NCBI GenBank assembly: GCA_038496445.1
Contig: JALMLS010000309.1
Location: 310,001 to 374,000, forward strand
Direction: 5' to 3'
Origin: Trichosphaerium sp. ATCC 40318
Taxonomy: Eukaryota > Protista > Tubulinea
Length of the DNA stretch: 64,000 nt
Shown: positions 26,347-37,792 of the stretch, one piece after another
How positions within the stretch are numbered: the first letter of the stretch is position 1
Layout: each line of letters opens with the position of its first letter
Position numbers and translations under genes: made by a program
Notes under the pieces: generated by a model
Databases searched by the model: none
What the model saw: only the letters and a program-made list of their open reading frames with translations
What the model was told of the DNA's origin: nothing

Positions 26347-26551
26347 AGCCGCTGTTACATGAAGTGAATACTCTCTGTACCATTCTGAGCAATGAACGGC
26401 ATACTAAATGAAGTTAAATTGACAAATGTTTTTTTGGGAAATCTAAGAAAAACAGGGAGGGTGGAAATTAGCTGATTTTTCATATATTTGTAACCATACA
26501 ACGGCCACAACGTAACAATTATTTCCAATAAACACACTCACACCATTATTA

Positions 26552-28197
26552 ATGGCTCAAACACAATTTCACGACAACGACCCTTGGCATTTGGGCATAG
26601 ACGGTTGGACTGAGTACCCCTGTGGTTGGATAGGCAAAACAACGAAGAATGCTTGTAAATTACCAAGACCGAACGCACCTCTTGTTTTCACAACCCCCGT
26701 CAAGCCCCAAAATGCTCAACCAAAGCGCAAAACTAAACGTGCAGGGTCACACCACAACCGTACATCGAAAGGAGGTACGCTTATTGATAATACTACAATT
26801 CTAGAGTTAATTTTTTTTTTGTAGGCATACCACAGCCAAATCCTTTCATAGAACATTTACAAGCTGCGCCAGTATCAGTACGTTATTAATTAATGATTTT
26901 GTTATGAATAAAAAAATCTGATGAAATTTTTTAGCTCGCTCTACGCAAAGTTAAACGCAAGGTATTCAGAACAACTGATACGATCAAGGATGCGTTGAGA
27001 CTACTTAACGATGCAAAAGGGATTTACGCGCCTGTAATGAAGATTGAAGATGACAAGGTACAAACGAAACCTTCTAATATCATCGAATGTATCATCTGAC
27101 ATACTCCTAGGCTCAATTCTATGGCTTTGTTTGCGTTTTCGATCTTATGGGCTTACTTTTTGACCGTTTCGCTGCCGTGCCTTCATGGGACCGTAGAACA
27201 GTCAAATTATGCGGGGAGAAGTTTTTAAACTATCCCGTAACGCGTATTTTACGTACGTCTCCCTTTATCCTTCCGAGACGTCCGTAGTTCACACGTCCAA
27301 TGACATTTTATTTTTCGAACGCTAACACAAGTGTTATAGACTATTCTAAAGCAAATCAAGTGAATGCCGGCCCAAATGTCCTAAAATCATCACCATTGTT
27401 CCAGACAATAAGTATTTTCCAGAAACGCATCTTACGCGTTGCTGTACAGAACGATGAGGTAATTAGACAAGCAAAGAAAATAAAAAAAACCCCAACCGTC
27501 AAAAAAAAGTTTTTCAAGAATTTTTTTTCAATTTTCATATTCTCACACTAGTAGGGACGTGTGGTCAATATTTTGGATAGAATTGATATCATACGCTACC
27601 TTGTCGGTCTTATGGGCAAGGGTAAGTTCAAAGACTTTTTCAGTAAGACAGTACTGGTACGTTTTTTAACCAAGAATTTTTTATTTGGTCATTATATTTA
27701 AAAAATTTTATTTTCGAGTTTTTACGAACTTACGATTATCTTTACGACTTTGTTCTTACGCGTGTTTCTCTTAGGAACTTGAGTTAGGAAGAGAGAGAGT
27801 ATTTAAAATCAATTCAAAGGAACCTATGTGGCGTGCTTTTGCTATCATTCACAGGGAAGGCGTCGACACTGTCGCTGTAGTCGATGATGAGGGTAAACTC
27901 GAAGCAACTCTTGACGCTGGTCAGATTCGTGGTAATTTGATTCAACGTAACCCATTTGCTGCCCTTCAACTACCTATCAAGACGTACCTTCAATACAACG
28001 GCTTGAAAAAGCCACTGATGACCTGTGATATTCAAACGCCCGTCTCTTTGATTCTATTGAAGCTATTGAGCCAGAACCATGGCCTGATTGGCATGTACTT
28101 TGTCGACAAGGACAACAAACCAAAAAGCCTTCTAACGCTTACTTCACTGATGCGCGCTCTCATCTCCCACAAGCAACCTGAGCGCAAGAGCTTGTGA
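26552..28197 (+). CDS. CBS-domain protein (AMPK-gamma/SDS23-like tandem CBS repeats)
   Basis: Repeated CBS patterns: TIKDALRLL..APV..FYGFVCVFDL, RVAV..VNILDRIDIIRYL, MWRAFAII..VAVVDDEGKL, LLTLTSLMRAL. Confidence 0.7.
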
Positions 28198-29169
28198 TCC
28201 ACTCACACCTTACACAAACTCTTTGTTTTTTACAACTGTACATACAACACTACCCCACAAACTTGTAACATAGAAAAGACTGAGAAAGTATAATTAAACC
28301 TTTTATTTTGTATACATTCAAACTTTTGTTTTGTCCGTTATTTCTCTTTGTGTACTACTGTTTTGGTGCTGTAAATAGTATTGATATCTCTAAGAAAATG
28401 CCGTTAACGGCCCGTGTTTAGTGAAGCACGTGCGCGTACGTATTATTTTTTTATTCCTACCAACTTCTTACCTTTTTCGGTTCACCTTTTTTTTTTTTGC
28501 CATCAATTCTAACGTGATTGACATAGCTGTAGAATACATATGGGTTAGGCAGACGTTTTGGTACACACACGGCGCATTGATATGTGTACAATGACAAAAG
28601 ATCAGAAAGAAACTGCGAGGAGCAAAAGTGAAGAATGCCGGTACTTGCTCAAAAAGGTTTATTTTCGGCTTTTCTTAGTATTTTCGTTTGAGTATTTCCT
28701 GTTAACTTTTTTTCTTAGCTCTACTAAGAAACACATATCTTAAGCGTACTAAGACAGGCGAGTGAAGATCTTATGTAGCGAAGAGTACGACGGCTCTGAA
28801 AAAAAGTAAAAAATATGATAGACACGACCGCTCGATACCTCCTCCTTATACATCGACCTGCTCTGCCTAACAACCTCCTAAAGGTGAACAGAAAAGTTGG
28901 TATAACAATATAACCACGCAGGTGTTCTACGTACCGCTATCGCAGACGAACGAATCTGTGGCTAAAAAAATAATGTTTGTTCATCTGCCTAATGCATCAC
29001 ATTCCACGGTCTCAGGTGCACGAATTATTTAGTTAACCTTAGTATTGTTATTCTAACCCAGTATGGATCCGCGGTTAGAATACCGCGTTTTACAATGGAT
29101 ACCATAGCGCAACAGCTTTTACTTTTTCATCTTCGTCACAACATCTAAATTCATTTACTTTCCTTGTTC

Positions 29170-29560
29170 AGCCCGGAAGTACACCTGGAACATTGTGTCA
29201 TTAAACCCTCGCAGAATTGCCATATAGCTTCACGAGTACATGAGCGTTATTCGCTCAAGGTAATACAGGCAGTGCCACAATATCTCATTCACCGTTTCGG
29301 CAGGGGAGTATCGCTAGCTGAAAAACACTGCCTCGGAATTTGAACTATCAGCGCATGGCGTGTCTTAGTGGTGTACATTACTTGCGGTTTTCAAACTGAA
29401 GGTATCCTTGTGTTGGTTCAAGGAGGGAAATATACTGTTCTCAACATTTTGTTACCACGTGCGTGTGTAACAGATGTGTCATTGAAGGCTCTCAAAGATG
29501 TTCACTCAATACAACTTTATGGTTGCGAGAACATACTGCAAGGCGGTATAATCTATTAGG
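29170..29560 (+). pseudogene. Decayed leucine-rich-repeat gene fragment (L.GVH.I.L..C..ITD type)
   Basis: ACLSGVH.. and VTDVSLKALKDVHSIQLYGCENI with nearby stops and frameshifts. Confidence 0.5.
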
Positions 29561-31276
29561 TAAAATGAACACGCCTAAGTTCAACCTGTCTGTTAGCCTC
29601 AATGTAATGAATAATAAAAGCTACATGAGAAACGGATTTGCTATTGCGAGGGTGTTGGGTTGTTGGGAAAATACAGTAGGATTTATTGGTACATTTTTAA
29701 ACAGTTTTTTGCAGCCATCAATCATGTCATGGCAATATAAGGCGGCGACGAATTGTCATCTAGTTCTCCTGATGCTTCAAATAAATGAAGGCTTGCTTGT
29801 AAACCGCTCATTACTGAACTTGCTAAGGCGTATAAGGCATTGAAAGCGATCAACGTCTAGGGAAAAGGTGAGGATAGCGACAAAGTAAGTACTTAATGAA
29901 ATTCTGGTGCATACATAGTAAATTCGAACAAGAGTGCCTGATGGTAATGTACCTCCCTTTTCACGGACAGACCAAACCTTATATTGAATGGTACCTATAC
30001 CAGAGGTAACAAGGTAATTAGATACAACAACGCCAAAGATGAACTAATCAAGTTAGCCAGTTTGCAACTGAACAAAAAAAACCATTCAACAGCAAAGATT
30101 AAGCAATCTCGCTTTTTTCTGGTGTACCATAGGAAAAGTGAATTTAGTATGATGTCGGTTGAAAGGTAAGCATCCAAGTATAGATGATCCTATTCCCAGT
30201 ATACAACCAGACAGAGTCGTACTAGGTAAAGGTAAGCAAACACATTTTTTTCGATGATTTTGAAAAAAGATTTTGAATTATTTAGTACCCAAATGAGTAT
30301 TTGTCCATTCTGACCTTTGTGCACGCACTCACAACTGATTTATCATTAGTGGGACAAATACCAGCGAAATAGATGGATGATAGTATTAGAATCACAATTG
30401 CGAAAGCCTACAAGGCTTTAGCTTGGGTTTTAAAGCGTTTTATAGCATAATAAACGCTTTCAGGCGAAAAAACCCATACTGCAATTACTACGCTCATAAT
30501 TATTCCGAGTGAGGTGTCTAGATATATTTTAATGTGTTGAGACGATGTACAGCTGTTCAGACGTTTGTTTCATTGCCAATCAAAAGCAAAGAAAGCGACA
30601 ACTGGATTTGAATACTATTTCCATTTTAAGAAAATGTCTCTTTTCAACCTCGAGAAACCAATTATTAGATACATGTATGAAGGTAAGAGCCTTCAGAGTG
30701 CATATAGTACAAAAGATATATTGAGACACGGGACAACTCGAAGCACACTATACTCTCGAAACATTCAATGAACGCAGTTGAGAAATTACGGTGCAAACAC
30801 CGATTATAAAATAGTGAATATATCCACAGCGTAATTATAATCAAATTTGTTATTCATGTTGAGTAAAGGGTGTGGCAGTTAGAGCGTTGTTTGGGTCTCT
30901 GTAAGAAGTTCAAAAGAAAGGAAAATAAAGAAACCTAATTGAACTTGGACACTTTATTCAAGTTTACATTTGTAATAGTTGCTGCCAGGATATCAGCAGC
31001 TTCTGCAAGCAGCTTCGATCCAACAACACCAGTTATCACTTCTCATATGGAAGCATAATGGAGATCCAGGATAGCAAATGAACCTATCATATTTAAAGGT
31101 TAGACACTACAACTAGAATGTTTTCCTATCACTGAGTCTTTTTGCACGTGCATTGTCCATTTCTTTTCGAAGACTCTTTCGTTTCAATTTAAGTTTATAT
31201 TGCTTACTAGGTAACAAAAAGGTTGCAACAAACGCTCAGTGTTGTAAAGGATTTTCTAGCAAAATTTTTTTAATTG

Positions 31277-31331
31277 TTTTTTTTTTTTTGTTTTTTTTTT
31301 GTTTTTTTTTGTTTTTTTGTTTTTTTTTTTT
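31277..31331. repeat. Poly(T) tract with interspersed G (poly(A)-like on minus strand)
   Basis: Seen directly in the sequence. Confidence 0.9.
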
Positions 31332-31599
31332 ACATTCTTGGGCTTCCGCCTTCGAATGCCATTTTTGCTAGATCTATGTCATAGCTGGATATCATTATGA
31401 TATTTTCTACGCCTGTAGGTGGGTAGTAGAGGTCTTCTACCTGTGGGTCCCAAGTCAGAGCGTAGGTGTAGTTTGGTCTGGTGTGAACCAGGATGCTTTT
31501 AGGGACTGTGACCGTGACTTTAATCACTAATGGTCTGCCCAGGAGAGAATTGTATTTTTTACGAGCGTACTTTCGCACTGCTCGGAGTAGTCTTGACAT
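31330..31599 (-). CDS. Intronless 89-aa orphan ORF followed directly by an A-rich tract
   Basis: Clean ATG..TAA, higher GC than flanks, stop codon runs into a ~55-nt A(n)C tract. Confidence 0.4.
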   Translation of the reverse strand: MSRLLRAVRKYARKKYNSLLGRPLVIKVTVTVPKSILVHTRPNYTYALTWDPQVEDLYYPPTGVENIIMISSYDIDLAKMAFEGGSPRM

Positions 31600-31647
31600 G
31601 TCAAGCAGAAGTATAGATATTATAGTTGTAGTATTCTTATGCTTCCA

Positions 31648-32730
31648 CTAGATAAAAAAATACATTTTGCTTTTAACCAAGTAATTTCTTATTGCAAAAA
31701 AATTGTGGTTTGCTACGGTTTTTGAGAAAACCGGTCCAGTGTGTTGTACACGGTAATATAAGCATATCAAGTCCAATCGGTAGTAGATAAACGGATTTTG
31801 ATGCTGGGTTTTAAGATGTGGAGTTATGAAGTAAATCGGGAGTGTCTTGTTGAGAAACAAATGTGAAAAAAAGTGAAATTCGAAAAAATAGTTAAATGCA
31901 ACTTACAGTGGTTTCTGCGTTCCCGTGTGGTGTCTTCTACGCGTATTTTGATACTAGTCTATATTTATAATGGATAGAAAGTCAATGAAAAAAAATAAGA
32001 ACCGAGAATTTGCGTAATCAACCTTTATTTACTGGCGGTATGTTATTAATGTAAAGTAAGGTGTTTTTGTGTTGTTCTGATCCAAAAAAAGGTTGATCTC
32101 TCTGTTGTAGCTTCTCTCAAGCTCTTGTCGCTCAAAATATGCCTTGATTTTATAACGTAAATGAATCATAGCGTTGGTGACGGTTTGAACGTGTTACCTG
32201 CCTTTTCGGTTTCAAAAAAACGTGATCGTACCGTTACCGATTTTCTGTTGACTTTTGCTATCAAACAGGCTTGTATGTAATATAAGAGATATTCGTATAA
32301 CTGTAATGCCATTGTAACCTTTTTGGCGCGCTTTCAATTCAAAATAGCGTTTGCCTTTCTTTTGTGGACTCTAATGCAGTAGTAAGAGCCACAACGCGTA
32401 CCTCTTAGATTCACAGTACTTTGTAAGCTCTTTCGAGCTAGTTTTGCTCTACAACAGCGATCACAGTTGAAAACTCGTAAGCATGGCTCACAAGCTTGTT
32501 GTGACCCATAGAATATAAGCGCTTTCCGAGATCTGCATGCTGACTGGTTTACCTTTTTGCCAACCGTTCGCATACTGCATAGGATTAATGACCTCAATAG
32601 ACTTTGGTTCGCTAACAAAAGATACAATGCGAATGTTCAAAAGGCCTTAATCCTTGTTTCAGATAATGTCAGGCTTGCTGATCAAGTTCAGCTTGAGATT
32701 TCCGTGTAGTTGATAATCATAAATACGCTA
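31648..32730 (-). pseudogene. Possible divergent or decayed arrestin-fold (Vps26-like) gene
   Basis: Fragments IHLRYKIKAYFER..REINLF and LPIYFITP..FIYYRLDL weakly resemble arrestin/Vps26 strands; no complete model could be built. Confidence 0.2.
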
Positions 32731-32916
32731 GAGATCTACTATCCCGCGGGCGCGCTAAATTCGTTAAGAAACAAAAGTTTGCAACAACCACGTGCTTGGT
32801 ACAATACTTTTTTTTTTCGTTTTATTTTTTTGTTACAGTTGCACAACTTCTTTGTTCTTTTCAGTTTTGAAACTATTTTTTTAAATCCGGTTGTGCGTAA
32901 TATCATCTTCTTGTAA

Positions 32917-35365
32917 TCATCGCTTTTTCCTTCTCTTTTTCTTACCAACTACAACACCAAGACTGGCTTTTTCTTTCATTTCGCTAACAATCTTCTTTGT
33001 ACCTCCTTGCATCATCACAAATGCCTCTCCTGATCTCTTTTGCTTCTTCCTCATAGCCTTTACAGTACCTAGAGGTGTATCACCAACCATAGCTCTCTTC
33101 CTCTTCAACTCCTCGGCTTCCTTTTTGAGCTTTTTCTCAATCTTATTCTTTGAAGGCCTCTTCCCGTGGAACTTCCAACTCAGCTCCCTGAAAGCCTCCC
33201 TCTGTGTTTGACGTCTTCCCTTGGCATCGAGATGTTCGATTCTAGGACCTTTATACCTACTTTCAACAGCAGCATCGCTATCGCGATCAGTTCGTCTACC
33301 GACTTTAGTGTCAATGCCCATTGCATCGATACCTCCTTGGCTCCTTATGTAGTTTATATAATTACCCACACCGCCTGACATGAGGTTGAATTTATCATCT
33401 TCCTCAGGTTGAGATATAGGACCATCCATCATTTGATCTTGTTGATCGTCATCATCATCGGAAGCAACTTCATCTTTTTCTCGCTTAACACGTTTAAGTG
33501 GGGGACCGTCTACATCGTCCATGTCCTCGTCTTCGTCCCTCTCACGCTTTCTATTATCTGCCTCTTCCATTGTTGTAGGTATAGATTGTACAAATTCGTT
33601 CAATGCTGTGAGTTCTAGGCCACCTTCTTCCTTTAAGGCTTTGACGCGAATCTCACGTTCTTTTTGAGTTTGTTCAACTTTTTTCAAAATCTTTGCTGCA
33701 TCTTGTTTCTCTTTGACACGCTTCTTCTGACGAGCTAATGCTTCAAATAACATATCGTCTTCGTCTTCTTCAAGGTCATCCATATCCTCTATTTATAAAG
33801 TGAGCATGAAGACAGAATTTTATAACAAAAGAGCGCTATCAACAAAAAAAAACTAAAAAGATTGTAAAACGTACCGATGAGCATTTTGGATTTTTTTTCA
33901 GCTTTTTTGATGGCGTTGGCGTAACTCCCTTTGTTATCAGACCTCTCAACTTGTTTATCTAATTTAGCTTGAACATGTCTACGCTTACGATCTTTTCTAA
34001 AACATTAAAATTAAATACAAGCATAACACGACCCACAATCTTTCAAAAAAAAAAAAATGAATAAAATGTGATATCACAATATTGTGACACACTCGTTTTC
34101 ATGGTTTCTTATCGAATTGTTAAAATCACATACCTTGTAGCCAAATCACCGTCATCACCTTCATCAGCACCAGTACCAATAATATCAACAACTGATTGTG
34201 GTTTACGTATTTTCCTCTTTTTTCTCTTTTTTTTCGGTTTTTTGATTTTTTTAAATTGTGCCATCTCCTTAGGCGTATAAAACTCTGAAGCCTTCGTCTC
34301 TAAAACAAAAAAAATAAGCAAACCAAACCAACAAACATCCAATCAAACAAAAAACAAAAAAAAAACATGACACGTGACACGTACTCTTAACATCAAGAGT
34401 ATAAAGCTTCTGTTTTGCATGAGATAATTTCTCTTTAATTTTAGCTAACTTGACTTCAGGTGTATCTGTAGCCTGTCCTTTTGTATCAAGTATGAACCCT
34501 GACTTCTTTATAGTATCATAATCATCGTCATAATGTTTTAATATAGTCTTATCATCATAATCAATCTCATCATACTTGTTTGTCATTTTTCTTCTTTTTT
34601 TATATAACTCAGCACGATCAAGCTCTTCTTTTGATATATCAACAAGTTCATCACCTGCATCGTTTAATTCACCATCTACAATCATTTGTTCGTCCTTTAG
34701 TGTGAGTATAGCTGTTTCACCGCTAGCAAAATCTGATATGTCGTGTTTGATCTTAAGACCCTTTAGTTCCTCTGTAGACACATTATTAGAGCGCGTAAAC
34801 GATAAAAAAAAAAAGACAGACTCGTTTGTGTGGTGGTCAACTTTCTGGTGTCTATTTGCTTTAACGTACCTTGTTTATAGTCTTCTTCGTCTTCTTCATC
34901 AGCGTAGAGCAAAGCTCTTCGTGCTGCTTCTTTTTTTTCTTTTTGCAATTCTCTGCTCCTTGTTACCCACGCCATGGCGTCATCTTCCTGTATTTGATAC
35001 GTTAGAATGTTTTTGATCAAATAATAAAAAAAATTAAGTAACACGTACGTCTTCGTCGGAATCTCCTAGAGTGGCGTTGTTACGCGCTTCTCGTTTGGCT
35101 TGTTCACGTTCTAAACGCCTTTGTTTGATCCTGAAAAGAAATAAGCTAATTTAAACGTTTATAACGTTTGTACAGTTGAATGCGCTCGGCAGCAGATAAT
35201 TTCTGTGTTTCTCCAGCTTCTTCAGTTTTATTTTCTTCGTTAGCATCCTTCGCGCTATTTTCTGTGCTCCTACGCTGTATTAGCATAATTTAGTAATTGT
35301 AATGCTGTTTACCTGCTACCACTATGCTTTCGTAGCATTTCATCGTAGTCTTCTTCACCAGACAT
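32917..35365 (-). CDS. SART1: U4/U6.U5 tri-snRNP protein SART-1/Snu66
   Basis: LKGLKIKHD..GETAILTLKD, SEFYTPKEMAQFKK, REAFRELSWKFHGKRPSKNKIEK, DTPLGT. Confidence 0.93.
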
Positions 35366-35714
35366 GGTGTATGAACAATAATACCAATGGCAAAGAGAAG
35401 TTGACACATGAGACTGTCATTGACATTCTCGAAGCCCAATTTCGCAAATAAAACGAGGGCGAACATTAGGCCACTGTGGCTTCGTTAATTGAATGACGTA
35501 TCACGTGAATCGGCGTTATAGATGCGGGCATTTAATTATCACACGGGAATAACACATTCTCTGTATTTCGGTGAACTTTTACCTCTACGGCCCTCACAAG
35601 GATAAAAAAATGATGTTTCGGAGGGCAAATAGGCGGGCTGTTTTTGCCTGTGAAAGAAGGTACACTATCAAGCGCTCAACACGCACAATACTACACGCAT
35701 ACACGAGTCACAGC

Positions 35715-36456
35715 ATGGCAGAGAAAAAGAACGATACACAAGGTTTAAGCATAAAAGAGTTGAAAAACCTGCTGAGGAATAACGGAGTCGATTATTCTTT
35801 GTGTCTTGAGCGCTCAGAGCTAGTTTCAAAGATTAACGAAAGCAACGCTGTTACTAGACTTAAACAACCCCAAAACCCTTACACAGAGTGGCAAAAGCAT
35901 CCGAATTATGAAACTGGCGCTAAAATATTCATTGGTACGTCTGAAAACCAGAACAGCATTTACATACTCTAACCTCATCTAACGCTCTCTTAAGGATTCC
36001 ACAACTGGTTTCGAGAAGCAGCAAGGAATATAGTAGCTACTGTACCTAAACTAGCTACGTCGCCTGCGGATACTTCTGCAAACATTGCAAGACAATTCTC
36101 TCAACTAAACGGTTCGCTACATCATCACCATTCCATCGAAGATCATCACTTTTTTCCCAAATTGGAACAAAAATACGGCGTTTCGTTGAAAGGTACGTTC
36201 ATCATTGGCCTCTGTTGTACCGTCCTTTATTAACGGTTTACGAAAAGGGCTATCTGATGACCACACGCGCATGACTAATTTAGAAAGAGAAATCAAAACG
36301 TTGCTGGCAGAAGGTCAAAAAGGTGAAGCAGATATAACTCTTGGTCCGAAACTCATTGAGTTTTGTGACTTTATGACGGACCACTTGAGAAGAGAGGAAC
36401 TAATTGTAGTACCACATATCCTCAAATTCAAGTCTGAAGCAGAATTTTTTTCTTGA
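35715..36456 (+). CDS. Hemerythrin-like (HHE) protein with N-terminal SAP-like helix-loop-helix
   Basis: LSIKELKNLL..GVDYSLCLERSELV; H.WFR, LHHHHSIEDHHFFP, DDH, DHLRREE metal ligands. Confidence 0.8.
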
Positions 36457-37567
36457 TTGCCGTGCACGTGGAAATAAAAATGGCAGTTGCTGATTTTTTT
36501 CGTTGCGTAATGTTTATTTAGTATGTGGCTTCTTTGTCATTTATTTTAACCATTTTCATCTAGTGCCGGATTATGCGAAAGATGAAATTATGTTGGCAGA
36601 TACAAAACCTTCAAAAAATTGATGGTAGCCACTGTGCCAAAACAAGACTGTTGTAAGCGCTTGCCACATTATTTGAACCAGTCATCATTTTCTTTCGTTG
36701 GCGATCTTGATTGCAGGTTCAAATACAATGTGGTAAGATCGCAGCATTCTTATTATGGCACAGGTGACTGCCATCAGTACTATTCATTTCGAAACTTTGA
36801 GTTTTCCTAATCCGGTACTTGTAGTAATAAAACCGTTTTTTTTGCTATTAAATTCACCATCTCATTGTTTTAAAGTATTTTCGTCGGTGCAACAATAAAC
36901 AGTATAGCTATTTTCGCAAAGGCTCAACGCAAGTAATATCTCTAGTTACGGATAAACGCTTACCACGGCAGGCGCTACATTCTAACAGGTACACATCTTG
37001 CTCATTGAGTCCCAGTTTTGGTGCCTAAAAAGACATCCACGTGTATTTACGTAGTATTCTTTGGTTTGGCGTGATTACTCCGCGCTGAACTTAAAACCCT
37101 CTGGCAGGAGTATAACGTATGCAATAAAATGTTTAAAGTTTTCACAACTGGATTGAAGGCCAGCTTTTAAAGAAATTGTCCGTCACAAGCTTTCCCACGG
37201 ACGTATTATAGCGTTACCCTCGCACTCTATCCTGTATTCATACGTCACAGTCGTAACTAATGCTGTAATTTGTACGCCGTAATAAGTAGCGCCGTGAATT
37301 TAGCCAACAGATGCCAAGCTTCCGTAGGATGCACTGGCATTTTGCAACTTAGTTTTTTGGTGCAAGTTTCTGAATAATTTCGGAAGTTCTGCTATTTCTG
37401 GAATACCAGTAACAAAATATTTTGATCGTTTTTACTGCTCTCTAGCGCCACGGCACAGTATCAAAGCGAGTTTTTCCGAGGAAATTTAAGAAGTTCTATA
37501 CTATTTCCACAGTAAGAACGTAACAACTACAATCGCTGTAGGGTTGCTTGGGCTGAAAGAACAAATG

Positions 37568-37687
37568 AAAGAAGGAGTGCAATTGGAATAAAGTAGGCGC
37601 TAGCGAATAAAGTAGGCGCTAGCGAATAAAGTAGTCACTAGTGCGCTGCCTCTTATTCTAAAAAATAAAAAAGAAGGAGTGCAATTG
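37568..37687 (+). mobile_element. 84-bp insertion with 19-bp tandem repeat and A-rich tail, flanked by an 18-bp direct repeat
   Basis: AAAGAAGGAGTGCAATTG at 37568-37585 and 37670-37687; GAATAAAGTAGGCGCTAGC x2.6 at 37586-37634. Confidence 0.6.
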
Positions 37688-37792
37688 TGGCGATTTTGGT
37701 GATACTTCCTTTTGGCAGTTATTACCAAAATGGTCATCAAATTCGCTTCTTTTTGTAAATTTTCACAAACACCTCAATAGCAACCACACCTC

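Noticed and set aside
29050-29087. Two overlapping small hairpins (ATTCTAACC..GGTTAGAAT; CGCGGT..ACCGCG)
   Set aside because: Stems are short, single-copy, with no Helitron or terminator context
36500-37550. Coding-like fragments between the hemerythrin and subtilase genes
   Set aside because: No consistent spliced ORF or motif could be built
37586-37634. Short direct repeats as a CRISPR-like array
   Set aside because: No spacers, no cas genes, eukaryotic context
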